Origin: a virus
Taxonomy: Duplodnaviria; Caudoviricetes
Virus record (IMG/VR): IMGVR_UViG_2654587505_000001
Location: 1 to 64,000 of that record
Strand: one strand, 5' to 3'
Length of the DNA stretch: 64,000 nucleotides
Shown here piece by piece: positions 28,576 to 38,817 of this stretch. The notes under the pieces are model-generated. The model worked only from the letters and a program-made list of their open reading frames with translations. It did no database searches and had not been told where the DNA came from. Made by a program: the position numbers and the translations under genes. The number at the start of each line of letters is the position of its first letter. Position 1 is the stretch's first letter.

Positions 28576-29580
28576 TTAAGAAAATGTGATGCGTGCAATT
28601 TTGTCAAGATAGTAAATTACATAATCAAAATCATATCCTGTAAACTTCAACTCTACCTTCTCAGCGTTGTTATCGTAAGTTTCATACAAACGCATTTCAC
28701 CGCGAATTTGAGCATCACCAATAATACCAGCAATACCGAAGATACGTTTATCAGGAACGAGAGTATTACCTTTTGCAGTTTTCTTGGCGGTTGGAATGGA
28801 AGACAGTTTTACACCATCAAACATTGCTAAACGTCCTACACGATTTAGTTCATTTTTCAAGTCGTCGCTCAAATACGATTCATATCCATTAAGACGTGCA
28901 AATCCATCAATATACTTCGAAAGACCAACCATAAATGGATTCCCCTCGGACATGTCACGCAAATAACGTGCCAGTGTTTCTGCGTTGGCTTGAGTTAGAG
29001 CAGAACCAGAATCAATGTCTTGCTCACCAGTCAAAGCGTCAAGAGCACCATCCACACCAGCAAACAAGCGATAAAACATTTCTTGTTCAAATGCTTCGCG
29101 AGTGAGTTCAGTCATTTTAGCAATCGATTTCCAACCATTACGACGAAGATCCGAATAATTCAATTCAGTTTCAACTTGCAGAGAAGTTTTAACCGGTTGA
29201 AAAACACCGGGATCGACATAAGATTTAGGTACATTACCACCACGCACGGCATCATACACTTTAATTGTATTTTTAGGTAGGCCAGTATACATGGCTTCAT
29301 CAAATTCACCAATAGAACCCATATTAAAGATACTGGAGAGAATACTAGTTTCAGGCTGGAACACGAGTGGCTCTACTGTACGTTTAATAAGTTCACTAAT
29401 AACAAAATTGTTATCATAGCTTTTACCAGAAGTACCAATCTCTTTTGCAAAAGTATCAAGCACTTCAATCATTTCCTTGTCACTTGCATCTAGTGTGTTT
29501 GTTTTTGCTCTTTCAGATAGTTCAATAATATTTGTTTCTTTAATTGCAGAAGCGATTTCGGTTGTAAATAATTTACTCAT
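28576..29580 (-). CDS. Major capsid protein (YonB-like)
   Basis: 334 aa, strong AAGGAGG RBS, follows scaffold/decoration genes, GGNVPKS motif. Confidence 0.8.
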   Translation of the reverse strand: MSKLFTTEIASAIKETNIIELSERAKTNTLDASDKEMIEVLDTFAKEIGTSGKSYDNNFVISELIKRTVEPLVFQPETSILSSIFNMGSIGEFDEAMYTGLPKNTIKVYDAVRGGNVPKSYVDPGVFQPVKTSLQVETELNYSDLRRNGWKSIAKMTELTREAFEQEMFYRLFAGVDGALDALTGEQDIDSGSALTQANAETLARYLRDMSEGNPFMVGLSKYIDGFARLNGYESYLSDDLKNELNRVGRLAMFDGVKLSSIPTAKKTAKGNTLVPDKRIFGIAGIIGDAQIRGEMRLYETYDNNAEKVELKFTGYDFDYVIYYLDKIARITFS

Positions 29581-29614
29581 TATATATATTTCCTCCTTGA
29601 ATTAACTTAATTTA

Positions 29615-30088
29615 TTAGGCTACTGTGAAAGGGTTTACTACTTCAAATTGATATAGTGTGTGACCTGCATCATCATAAGTACCAACATACTTTAACGTAG
29701 ATACTTTTGTGGCAACAGCCTTGATAAGCTTACCTTTGTTTGCAGCAGTTCCTGCAACCGCATAATCACCAACAGAAAAAGTACCAGAAACTTGATCGGT
29801 TGCCCATTGTGTTCCAACAATAGGTTTCACAAGTACCCCAAGCTCATTTGCTTTTACGGTATCCAGAGAGCTATCATATTGGCTAATTTCTACATCACTA
29901 AGATGTCCTTGTGGTTGATTATCCTTATCTAAAAAATAGATTTGTACACCCTCACCATCTGCTGGTTCAGCCTTTCCTGTACTCAAATTTTTTGTTACTA
30001 CAGAACCACGCTTCAAGTCAGCACTTACCTTATAAATTTCTGTAACTTTGGAACCAGTAATAATATTTCTAAGCATTTTAAAATCCAC
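29615..30088 (-). CDS. Putative head decoration/cement protein (YonC-like)
   Basis: 157 aa directly upstream of capsid. Confidence 0.6.
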   Translation of the reverse strand: MDFKMLRNIITGSKVTEIYKVSADLKRGSVVTKNLSTGKAEPADGEGVQIYFLDKDNQPQGHLSDVEISQYDSSLDTVKANELGVLVKPIVGTQWATDQVSGTFSVGDYAVAGTAANKGKLIKAVATKVSTLKYVGTYDDAGHTLYQFEVVNPFTVA

Positions 30089-30145
30089 TCCTTGATTAAT
30101 TATTATTTATTTTTGAAATTGTTTTAATAATATAAAAATATTATT

Positions 30146-31678
30146 TTACTTTTGACCAATCAGACTTTTGATAATATCAGTGGCACTAACTAAAATTTTG
30201 TCACCATCACCATTATTTAGATCAGTCTTAGGTTTAACATTATTATGTTTTTCACTTGTTTCTAAGTCTGTAGATTCATTATTTAAGTCTTTTTGAGAAT
30301 TCTTACTTGCTTTATACTTTTCAATTGCACGTCTACCTTTAATGATCTCAATCTTTTCTTGAGATGCTTCAAAAGTTTCAAGTGTCAATTCAGCAAAGAT
30401 TTGTGCTAATTTTTCATCAGAATCTAGTTCATCTTCACTAATTAGACTATCTTCCAAAGCAAATGTTCTTAATTCTACTTTCTTTTCAGCAAGTTCCCTT
30501 TCTTTTTCTGCCTGTTCCATTTGTTCAACTTTTTCTTTAAATGGTTCAAGCTCGGCAATTTTCGCCTCTAAATCTTCTTTCTCTTTAGATACTTCAGTGA
30601 GCAGTTTACCTGCTTCAGCAATTTGCTTTTCAGCCTCATCGATTTTTCCTTGCAGTTCCGATACCTGCGATTCTAATTCTGAAACTGGAACAAATTTCAT
30701 TTTTACTTCTTCTTGAGAAGTGATACTTACAGTGTCATCGCTATTAACTGTATAGGTGAATCTCACAAAATCTTCTTGGGACTCACGATCCCAGTAATAG
30801 CCAATAGCTGTGTAATTGTATGGATAAATAATTGACAAATAATAATATTTATCACTATTAGCGTTATTGATTGCACGCCTTACTTTCGTCCATAAATCTT
30901 CATGTGTTACATCGGACGTTTGAATTTTATCTTCTTTCCCCATTTGTTCTTGTCCTCCTTTGTCTGTTCTAATATTATCTTTTATACTTACATCGTCTTC
31001 TTTATCTTCGCTATAATCCCCCTTAGATAATGACAACATATCTTGTGACAATGCCTCAAAGAACTCATTGTCTTGCTCTAAACTTGCAACGTCAATAACT
31101 CCACTGGATTTATAAGCTGGTTGAACATTCTCTCCTAAAACAGCATGCCCAATGAATTCTCCTGAATCAATAACCTTGATATTTTTATTTTTAATTTTTT
31201 CCTTATGTGATTCATGGACATTAATTTCCCATGAAGTTTTCAGACCTTTTTTGCTTTCAACTCTATTCTTGAATACTTTATAGGCTTTCTTAAATCGTTT
31301 CCATATTTTAGCATTAGCTGTAATGTACTCAATATCATCAATGGTCTCGATTTGCACACTATAAAAAGAACCAAATGCTTGTGTATCAAATTCGATGGTC
31401 TTAATTTTATTTCCATCTTCATCTATTTCTTCAACAATTTTTGCATTATGCCCAGAAAAATCTTCTTTTCCGTCATAGCGAGTAATAACTTTACCTACCA
31501 CTGGTTTATTGAGTAATGTATCTAACCAATTTTCAATTGTATTTCTGTTAAGAGAAATATTATTTCCATTTGGCTTAAAATCACAAATAATAAACTTTGC
31601 ATCAACAGAGTCACTATTATTTTCTTCACTAAGTATAACGGTATAACTACTTGTTAATTTTATTGTTTCTAGATCCAT
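30146..31678 (-). CDS. Prohead protease/scaffold protein (YonD-like)
   Basis: N-terminal protease-like region (FSGH, TSWEI), acidic coiled-coil C-terminus; between portal and capsid. Confidence 0.7.
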   Translation of the reverse strand: MDLETIKLTSSYTVILSEENNSDSVDAKFIICDFKPNGNNISLNRNTIENWLDTLLNKPVVGKVITRYDGKEDFSGHNAKIVEEIDEDGNKIKTIEFDTQAFGSFYSVQIETIDDIEYITANAKIWKRFKKAYKVFKNRVESKKGLKTSWEINVHESHKEKIKNKNIKVIDSGEFIGHAVLGENVQPAYKSSGVIDVASLEQDNEFFEALSQDMLSLSKGDYSEDKEDDVSIKDNIRTDKGGQEQMGKEDKIQTSDVTHEDLWTKVRRAINNANSDKYYYLSIIYPYNYTAIGYYWDRESQEDFVRFTYTVNSDDTVSITSQEEVKMKFVPVSELESQVSELQGKIDEAEKQIAEAGKLLTEVSKEKEDLEAKIAELEPFKEKVEQMEQAEKERELAEKKVELRTFALEDSLISEDELDSDEKLAQIFAELTLETFEASQEKIEIIKGRRAIEKYKASKNSQKDLNNESTDLETSEKHNNVKPKTDLNNGDGDKILVSATDIIKSLIGQK

Positions 31679-31715
31679 CTTTATCCATATTCACCCCCTT
31701 TGACTAATTAACTAA

Positions 31716-31874
31716 TTATCCAAATTCGATATTTAATTCTTCCAAGATATTACTAATTTCTGTATTCGATGTAGAGCTTATTTTTTCATTACTCAGCACA
31801 ACTTCATTTGAATTTAATGAGACTATTAAAACTTCATTGCAACAAGGACATATTACTTTTTGATTATTTTTCAT
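31716..31874 (-). CDS. Small CPCC-motif protein (52 aa, MKNNQKVICPCC...; not in ORF track)
   Basis: GAGAGGT RBS, ATG 31874, TAA 31716; fills the portal-scaffold gap. Confidence 0.6.
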   Translation of the reverse strand: MKNNQKVICPCCNEVLIVSLNSNEVVLSNEKISSTSNTEISNILEELNIEFG

Positions 31875-31880
31875 TAATTA

Positions 31881-33470
31881 TTACCTCTCATTTTCCTTGT
31901 TGTATAAGCTATCATACTCTTGTCTACTTTTATCTTTATTACTTTCAGGTCTACCTGAATGATTATTTTCTGAGTCAGCAACGGTATAAGCATTAACTCT
32001 TGGATAAAATATCAAATCTGCATTTTCATCATTTTCTTTTTTCCTTCTCATATATTCTGTTTCATAGTCCTTACCAAGAATTTCAAATGTAGTTTTATAA
32101 CTTGCTCCCAATTTATCAAACACAAAAGTCGCCAAGGAAACCTTTAATTCCTGCTCTAATAATTCTGAATCAATAACTTTAATTTTTGGAGTAAACTTTT
32201 CATCGATTCCATGATCAATAAGAAGTCCCTTATACCATTTTTGGAGAATTCTTTCCAGTTGACTACCGATTCGATTTATTACTTTCATTAATTCAGTGAG
32301 ATTAATTTTTGCACTACCAAAAGAACCTTTATCAGCACTTAAATAAGCAATACCAACACTGGTCATAATTTCTTCCCTAAAACTTCTCTTAATTTGAACG
32401 TTTGTTTGTTCGAGTTTAGGTTCAATAAATTCAATCTTCTCAGTCCAAGGCAAACCTGTATATACAGATACACCATTAGCACTTAGTGCTTGCATTAAAT
32501 CAGTATGTGCTTTAGCCTGAGCACTACTCCATGTTATATTCGGCATGTCTTTTGACTGAGTAATTAATTCTTTAACTAATTTTTGAAATATGATTTTTTT
32601 TCCGCGCACAAGAGTATTTTTATCATCTGATAATTCAATATTTTCTAAACGAACTACTGATTTCAGAGCTTTAAAAATCGGAGAAAGCCCATATTTTCTT
32701 TTGAGATTGTTAATTCTGATCAATCCTGAATTTTCAATCTTCAAAACTGCATACTGTTCTTTATTTTTAAAAGCTTTGTAAACTTCCTCGGGATATGTAT
32801 CTCTAATTTCTTCATCCATATTTGCATAGAACAGGGCTTTATTTTTTCTATTTTTACTATAAATTTTTCTTAGTCTTGACTCTAGTTCTTTTATGTTGAT
32901 TAAAACATATGGTTCACCATTTACTTCATAGTCAGCAACTTCACATATTCCTAATGGGTAAAAATCCACCTGATAATTATTTCTATCTATGTCTTTTCTT
33001 AAATAAATTGCATAATTACCTTCAAGATAAGTCATAGGGATAGCCTCAATAATTAAACGTTCTATATTAATCTTTTCATTAAAATCTCTTATTAATTTGT
33101 CTACAAATTCAACTATCTCTTTTTCTTCTTCTGTATATTTTGGATGTGCAATTGTCCATTCAGAATTTACGTTTGTTTCAATTGCTTCATACACTTTCCC
33201 TAAAATATCATTTTTATTAACAAAATACCTTACAATATTATTAATTTGTATAATATTGGACAAATTAGTTTGTGCATTTAAAGCAAGTCTGTCAATATCT
33301 TCAATTTTAAAATTGGTTACATTACCAGCATTCTCATTAAAATAAGTAGAATGAAAATTAGATTTATTTGCATACTCAAACATTGCTTGTTCAAGTGCTT
33401 TTTTTTCATTATTGTAAGTTGTTATTAAAAATGTATCTTGATCTATTTGACTTAAAATTTTATCAGGCAA
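31881..33470 (-). CDS. Portal protein (YonE-like)
   Basis: 529 aa directly after terminase; GRP near C-terminus; TTG start with GAGGTG RBS. Confidence 0.8.
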   Translation of the reverse strand: MPDKILSQIDQDTFLITTYNNEKKALEQAMFEYANKSNFHSTYFNENAGNVTNFKIEDIDRLALNAQTNLSNIIQINNIVRYFVNKNDILGKVYEAIETNVNSEWTIAHPKYTEEEKEIVEFVDKLIRDFNEKINIERLIIEAIPMTYLEGNYAIYLRKDIDRNNYQVDFYPLGICEVADYEVNGEPYVLINIKELESRLRKIYSKNRKNKALFYANMDEEIRDTYPEEVYKAFKNKEQYAVLKIENSGLIRINNLKRKYGLSPIFKALKSVVRLENIELSDDKNTLVRGKKIIFQKLVKELITQSKDMPNITWSSAQAKAHTDLMQALSANGVSVYTGLPWTEKIEFIEPKLEQTNVQIKRSFREEIMTSVGIAYLSADKGSFGSAKINLTELMKVINRIGSQLERILQKWYKGLLIDHGIDEKFTPKIKVIDSELLEQELKVSLATFVFDKLGASYKTTFEILGKDYETEYMRRKKENDENADLIFYPRVNAYTVADSENNHSGRPESNKDKSRQEYDSLYNKENER

Positions 33471-33505
33471 ATACTTTTCACCTCTCTTTCGTATATATTA
33501 CAGTT

Positions 33506-35347
33506 TTATAGTCTGATATTCAAAGAAGAAACCTGAGTTGGAAGTTTAGATAAATCAACTTCATCTCTTTTTGATTCCAATTCTTTTTCTTTTATGCTAA
33601 TAAAGTAGTTTCCATAAGCTAAAGAAGCATAACGATCCTTTCTTTTCCCAGACTGTTCTTTTAGTTTTACAAATTTTGGATGTTCTATCCTCTCAAGAAG
33701 AACCATTTCATTTTCCAATAACACAGTTTGAAGATATGGATTTAATAATTCAATCTGCTCTTCCACACTAAGTTTATTAAACCAAGGTTCGCTTGTAAAA
33801 TACTCTCTAATATCATTTCTTGAAACTAAAAAATTAATTCTTTTATTTATAATTTTGTCTTTTAAATCTAGTGCAATATCATGGTTAAATTCTTCTGAAG
33901 GAGAAACAGTATATATTTTTTCTTCGTATTCATCTTCTGTATGAAAAGCTGATAATTTTATATCATCTTTTTCATTCATTGAATAAAATGGCATATATTC
34001 CTTTTTTCTTTCTTCATCATACTGTTTTCTGCATAGATAACCATATACACTTATACCATTACCCTGTCTATCTAATACAATATAATCACACTCAAAGTCT
34101 TCAAATAGTCTTCTTATAATAAAAGACTGTGTTTCAGGATGAAGTCCTTGATGCGATTCAATATTCAATATTTCTCTTTTATATCTTGTACCATTTTTAT
34201 TTTTTTTAGCTGAGATTAAAGTGAAAACAGAGGAGTCATTAGCGTCTCCACCTAATAGTGCAATGTCACAACTGAGTACGCGTATTTCATTCTCTTCTTT
34301 CTTACGTATCATGTTTTTATTTTTAATAAGAAATTGCACTTCTTTTTTGTATACAGGAAATTGCAATACTTTTACTTCTTGTATCTCTTCGGTTTTGAAA
34401 TATGCTTTTTCGCTTTCTCCAAAGAATAGGCAGTCCATTTCCATGAGCCACCCAATCTCGTCTAGATCATCTTCTGATAATTCATCAAGTAACTGTTCTC
34501 TGTTAGTCAAATTTTCCTTGATAGCTATTTGATAAGGTAGACCACAAATAAAATATTTCTTACCTTCTAACATGGCTTTAATAAATACTTTATATCTCTC
34601 ATATGACCAGTTAAATTTGTAGTAGCAAGATGTTAGAAAAATCTCTTTATTTCTTTCTAAATATTCTTGTTTATTTTTATATTCTGGTTTTTCCAAAAAT
34701 CCGGGTTGCCTTGAAGCTGCCAAAAACCTTCTAAGCACATTCTTGTATATTTTGGGGTCAATCATTCGAAACTCATCAAGTATTAAAATGTTTGCTCTTG
34801 CAGATCTAGCTCCCTGTGTTGAGGCAACTACTTTTATCCAAGAACCATTTAGAAACTCAACATTAGGATCATCGGTATTCATTGAAGTTCTAATCGAACC
34901 TTTAATTTCACGTTTCAACATCCCTGTTTTTGATTGATTAATCAACTCTGGAATTTTTTCAGTAACAATCTTCATGCCTTGTGATTTTTGTCCGGCAGCA
35001 ATTACAACCTTAGTTCCCGGAAAGAGTATGCACATTATTACGCAAAAAAGGGCTGTTAAATAACTCTTACCTAAGCCCCTACTGGCAAAGAATGCTGTGT
35101 AATTGTATACAATCATGCAATATAGCAATATTTTTTGAAAAGGTTTAAGAGATAGTCCTAAATATTCTTCAGCAAAAATATCGGGTCTAGAACGGTAAAA
35201 TGCTGCCCACTCTGCAATACCATTCATTAATTTCTGAGATTTAGTTAGATTATCTGATCCTTTATTAAAATTCCTTCCTTTGTCAAATACACCCACAGCC
35301 TTTGTTTGTTTATTCCGTTTAACCTGAAAATGAGGATAACTAGCCAT
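33506..35347 (-). CDS. Terminase large subunit (YonF-like)
   Basis: Walker A ASRGLGKS, Walker B ILILDE, nuclease motifs SCDIA..D.S and RKDRY. Confidence 0.92.
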   Translation of the reverse strand: MASYPHFQVKRNKQTKAVGVFDKGRNFNKGSDNLTKSQKLMNGIAEWAAFYRSRPDIFAEEYLGLSLKPFQKILLYCMIVYNYTAFFASRGLGKSYLTALFCVIMCILFPGTKVVIAAGQKSQGMKIVTEKIPELINQSKTGMLKREIKGSIRTSMNTDDPNVEFLNGSWIKVVASTQGARSARANILILDEFRMIDPKIYKNVLRRFLAASRQPGFLEKPEYKNKQEYLERNKEIFLTSCYYKFNWSYERYKVFIKAMLEGKKYFICGLPYQIAIKENLTNREQLLDELSEDDLDEIGWLMEMDCLFFGESEKAYFKTEEIQEVKVLQFPVYKKEVQFLIKNKNMIRKKEENEIRVLSCDIALLGGDANDSSVFTLISAKKNKNGTRYKREILNIESHQGLHPETQSFIIRRLFEDFECDYIVLDRQGNGISVYGYLCRKQYDEERKKEYMPFYSMNEKDDIKLSAFHTEDEYEEKIYTVSPSEEFNHDIALDLKDKIINKRINFLVSRNDIREYFTSEPWFNKLSVEEQIELLNPYLQTVLLENEMVLLERIEHPKFVKLKEQSGKRKDRYASLAYGNYFISIKEKELESKRDEVDLSKLPTQVSSLNIRL

Positions 35348-35349
35348 TT

Positions 35350-36279
35350 CTAATCATCCTCATACTCATCATTTTTATTTAATTCATTAAAGTCGATAGT
35401 GTATTCAGACAAAGCTTTATCATATTTTTCAGTCATTTCATTATTTAAACCTTCCATTTTTGCTAAATGACCAATCATAAACGTGTCAATATAATTTTTC
35501 ATTTCATCATCCAAACCTTTTGGAATAGGTCTATCATTTTCCCATTTCTTAACTAGGACTCCAAATGATAATTGATCATTTGCATCTGCTCCAGTTGCTT
35601 GAATTGGTTTCATTTTTGCATCATTCATAAGGTCACTTCTAGTTTTAATTAAATTACCAATTTCTTTACTACCTTTTTTGTTTTGTCTTAACTTTTCTAT
35701 ATCTAAATTGATAAAACATATATCACGCATAATCATTTCCATTCCATAGTCTGGACACTCAAAGCTAGACATTAATTTAATTTTTTCTTCTTCCAAATAC
35801 CGATAATCTTCGTCGGAGTATCCTCTTCCCCAATATTCTATTAATTCTGATAAATCATCTTCATGAAGTGTAATTTCATCAAAAGAATTATTATCGGTAT
35901 CTGATATACTATTACTATTTAAAAATATACTATCCTTAAATGTTAATTCTTTATACTGCTTCATTGAAGATAAAGTAGGAATATATCTTTGCCATTCTTC
36001 TCCACGCTGTTTCCATAAGTCAGCTAAGAATGGCTTATCTAGAAGTGCTAACATAGAATAAACTCTATGTAAGTATCCTTCCGAACCTTTTTCACCAATA
36101 TAGCTATTAGTACATTCCTTGCATACTTCGAATTTATCCCAATTAAATAATGGATGCCCATTCATATAATAATTAACCGATGTGGATGCCTTTAATTTTC
36201 CACAATTTTGACATTTAATTTTTTCTACGGTATCTTTTTCGTCTTTTTTTCGTACGACCATAACTTCACCTTCTCCCAT
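35350..36279 (-). CDS. Zn-finger protein, putative terminase small subunit (YonG-like)
   Basis: CxxC..CKEC N-terminus, WG.GY motif; directly upstream of terL. Confidence 0.65.
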   Translation of the reverse strand: MGEGEVMVVRKKDEKDTVEKIKCQNCGKLKASTSVNYYMNGHPLFNWDKFEVCKECTNSYIGEKGSEGYLHRVYSMLALLDKPFLADLWKQRGEEWQRYIPTLSSMKQYKELTFKDSIFLNSNSISDTDNNSFDEITLHEDDLSELIEYWGRGYSDEDYRYLEEEKIKLMSSFECPDYGMEMIMRDICFINLDIEKLRQNKKGSKEIGNLIKTRSDLMNDAKMKPIQATGADANDQLSFGVLVKKWENDRPIPKGLDDEMKNYIDTFMIGHLAKMEGLNNEMTEKYDKALSEYTIDFNELNKNDEYEDD

Positions 36280-36392
36280 TTTTTTATTTAAGATTCGGTG
36301 GACAGGAACTCTCAGGGAGAATCAAGCCCACCATTACACATCCTTCAAGCAGAATGCTTCCACCGAAAATTGCTTGCACATAAGTGCAAACA

Positions 36393-36422
36393 AAAAGACA
36401 CCTCAATTCTTACTGAGATGTC
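36393..36422 (-). terminator. Terminator-like hairpin after clpP
   Basis: GACATCTCA-loop-TGAGGTGTC-TTTTT on minus strand. Confidence 0.65.
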
Positions 36423-36466
36423 CTATCTTTGCACTTAAAGTATTATAATAAAATGAAAATTTTATC

Positions 36467-37072
36467 TTAAATAATCTCGTCAATAACTCCCCATTCAAGA
36501 GCACTAGAAGCTGTTAACCACCATTCACGATCTTTCATATCTTCATATTTTTCTTCCGTGATTTTAGTGTTCCGAATAATAAAATCTTTAACTTGTTGAT
36601 CTTTTTCTTCTTGAAACTTTACATGGTCTTTAACCTTGTTTGAGCTACCAAAAAGAACTGTACTTCCATCATGAAAAAGTACATTTGAAAATTCATATGC
36701 TCGTCTACGCCCATGTTTAGCACCTGATACAAGCAATAAAGCTCCCATAGAAGCAGCATTACCAATTACTGTAATAGTGATTGGGGTTTCAGATTTCTCT
36801 ATAACTGAACATAATGCCATTCCTAAATATACGTCACCACCGGGACTATTGAGAATAATTTCAATCTCTTTTCGCTCATTCACAGGAATATCTTTATCTT
36901 CACGATTCCATTTAATAATTTGATATGCAACACGTTCAAGCAGATAGTCATCGACCTCACTATTAAGGATAATCTCACGGTTTTCTAGTGCTTTAAAATA
37001 TGTATATTCTTCAAAATCTAAAACAGAGTAGGGTAGTTTATTAGTTTCCTTTGAGTTTTCACAATTGCACAT
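36467..37072 (-). CDS. clpP: ClpP-family protease
   Basis: LNSPGGDV, AASMG (catalytic Ser), FHD, ALEWGVIDEI. Confidence 0.9.
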   Translation of the reverse strand: MCNCENSKETNKLPYSVLDFEEYTYFKALENREIILNSEVDDYLLERVAYQIIKWNREDKDIPVNERKEIEIILNSPGGDVYLGMALCSVIEKSETPITITVIGNAASMGALLLVSGAKHGRRRAYEFSNVLFHDGSTVLFGSSNKVKDHVKFQEEKDQQVKDFIIRNTKITEEKYEDMKDREWWLTASSALEWGVIDEII

Positions 37073-37135
37073 GTTTACATTCCTCCAAATTCTTTTTATG
37101 GAGGCATTGGCCTACTCTTTATGGTAAGAGTGTGC

Positions 37136-37396
37136 TTACCTATTTTCATCTTTAGTTGATTCAAGAATGCTTGCTTTTAGTTGTATATCACGTATTAACA
37201 CTTCTCGAAGAGTACTAGTTCTAACATCTTTATAAAACATTTTAAAAAGCGACCTAAACTCACTCATCTTTCGGCAACCTTTTAGTGTATCAAGATAATC
37301 TTCAATTAAGTTTTCCTCAGCTAGTTCTGGATCATCTAAAATGATAACGTTAATTGGGATGTCATGATCATATAATTTCATTATTAGCGCATCCAT
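37136..37396 (-). CDS. Hypothetical protein
   Basis: 86 aa ORF tightly packed in operon. Confidence 0.65.
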   Translation of the reverse strand: MDALIMKLYDHDIPINVIILDDPELAEENLIEDYLDTLKGCRKMSEFRSLFKMFYKDVRTSTLREVLIRDIQLKASILESTKDENR

Positions 37397-37397
37397 T

Positions 37398-38585
37398 TCA
37401 ATTTAAATAAATATCAACAGTGTATTTAATCCGATCATTATCATCAAATATGTGCATTTTTTGCATTGGTTCAGCATAAAAACGCTTTGATAAAGCATAG
37501 TCATCAATGCCCATCAAACTTCCGTTCGAGATAACTTTGGTTCGACCATATTCTTTTACAGTGTCATGATGGATATGACCACAGAAAACATAACGAGGTA
37601 CGATACCCAAAATTTGAGGTAAAGATTTAGCCACACTCGATACATGGTCTAAATCACCATGAACATAAACATGAGATTGTTCAAATGTTTCATCTATAAA
37701 ATATCCATCCGTATCTTTATAGATATCTACATTTTTAAAATCTTTAAGTCTAGTTTCTAAATACCAAGGAATAAGATTTTCTAAATTTTCTGTAAAAATA
37801 GATTGTGTTTTATCAGAGATTAGTCTTGCATGGTTTCCAATTATATTAATGAAACGAACAAATCTAAAGTGTTTTGAAATTTCAGCTATTGATTCTGCCA
37901 TATATTCAGAAACTATCTGGATTTGTTTAATCACATCTTCACTAGACTGCACCCTTGTTGAAACATGAATTGCTCCTGAAATAAAATCTCCTAAAGCACC
38001 AATTGTCAATGTGTCAACATTATTCTTCTTTCCTTCTGAGATAATTTCAGAAACAAGAATCTGCAATCTTTGTTTAAATACATCGATGTTGTACCGATTC
38101 AAACTATTAGAAAAATCGGCCCCAACATGCCAGTCACTCCAAAGTACATTTGCTCGAACATTTGACAGAGTGGTGGGCGGTTGAATGAATGTTAATGGCT
38201 TTTGTTTAGAAATATCAATTATTGATTTATGTATTTCTTCTTTTAAGTGCTCAAATCTAGCTTGTTGTCTGATTAAATTTGTAAATTCTCGTTTCTGGTC
38301 TTGAAATTTAAATTTCTCTTTTTGAAAAGCAATTGTTTTTTCTTCAATTTCATTTAATATTTCATTGTCGGTAACTTTACGCTCAACAGCAAGATTGTAC
38401 CCACGTTTTAGAATGTGATATTCTTTTCTCCATTTTGATTCTCCAAAGTCTTCGTCAACTGCTTCATTCATGTATTGACGAATAGTTAACCAATCAAGAT
38501 TGTATAGTTCCTTATTGTCGCCAAGTCTAAGTAGATATTCATCTATAGATTCTGATTCTTTACGTTTCAAATCGGAATGATCCAT
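37398..38585 (-). CDS. Metallophosphoesterase (YonJ-like)
   Basis: SDWH, GD, GNH, HGD, GHIH calcineurin-like motifs. Confidence 0.88.
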   Translation of the reverse strand: MDHSDLKRKESESIDEYLLRLGDNKELYNLDWLTIRQYMNEAVDEDFGESKWRKEYHILKRGYNLAVERKVTDNEILNEIEEKTIAFQKEKFKFQDQKREFTNLIRQQARFEHLKEEIHKSIIDISKQKPLTFIQPPTTLSNVRANVLWSDWHVGADFSNSLNRYNIDVFKQRLQILVSEIISEGKKNNVDTLTIGALGDFISGAIHVSTRVQSSEDVIKQIQIVSEYMAESIAEISKHFRFVRFINIIGNHARLISDKTQSIFTENLENLIPWYLETRLKDFKNVDIYKDTDGYFIDETFEQSHVYVHGDLDHVSSVAKSLPQILGIVPRYVFCGHIHHDTVKEYGRTKVISNGSLMGIDDYALSKRFYAEPMQKMHIFDDNDRIKYTVDIYLN

Positions 38586-38589
38586 TCAA

Positions 38590-38787
38590 TCACTCCTCGC
38601 CTTCAGTTTCTTTCGGCTGAACTGGATTCTCTTCTTTAATAGTCAAAGAAACTTGCTTACCATCATATTCTTTCAAAGCAGCAAGCAAATCATAAACGAA
38701 AATTCCATTTTTATCCTCTTCTGTAATTTCCATTGTTTCAATTTCTAATAATCCTTTGAAAGCAATAGAGTTATTTTTCTTTGCCAT
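38590..38787 (-). CDS. yonK: YonK family protein
   Basis: KG.L....EITE......YD....L.E.DGK.VS.TIKEEN pattern matches SPbeta YonK; synteny. Confidence 0.8.
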   Translation of the reverse strand: MAKKNNSIAFKGLLEIETMEITEEDKNGIFVYDLLAALKEYDGKQVSLTIKEENPVQPKETEGEE

Positions 38788-38817
38788 TTGCAAAACTCTC
38801 CCTTAATATTTTTTATT

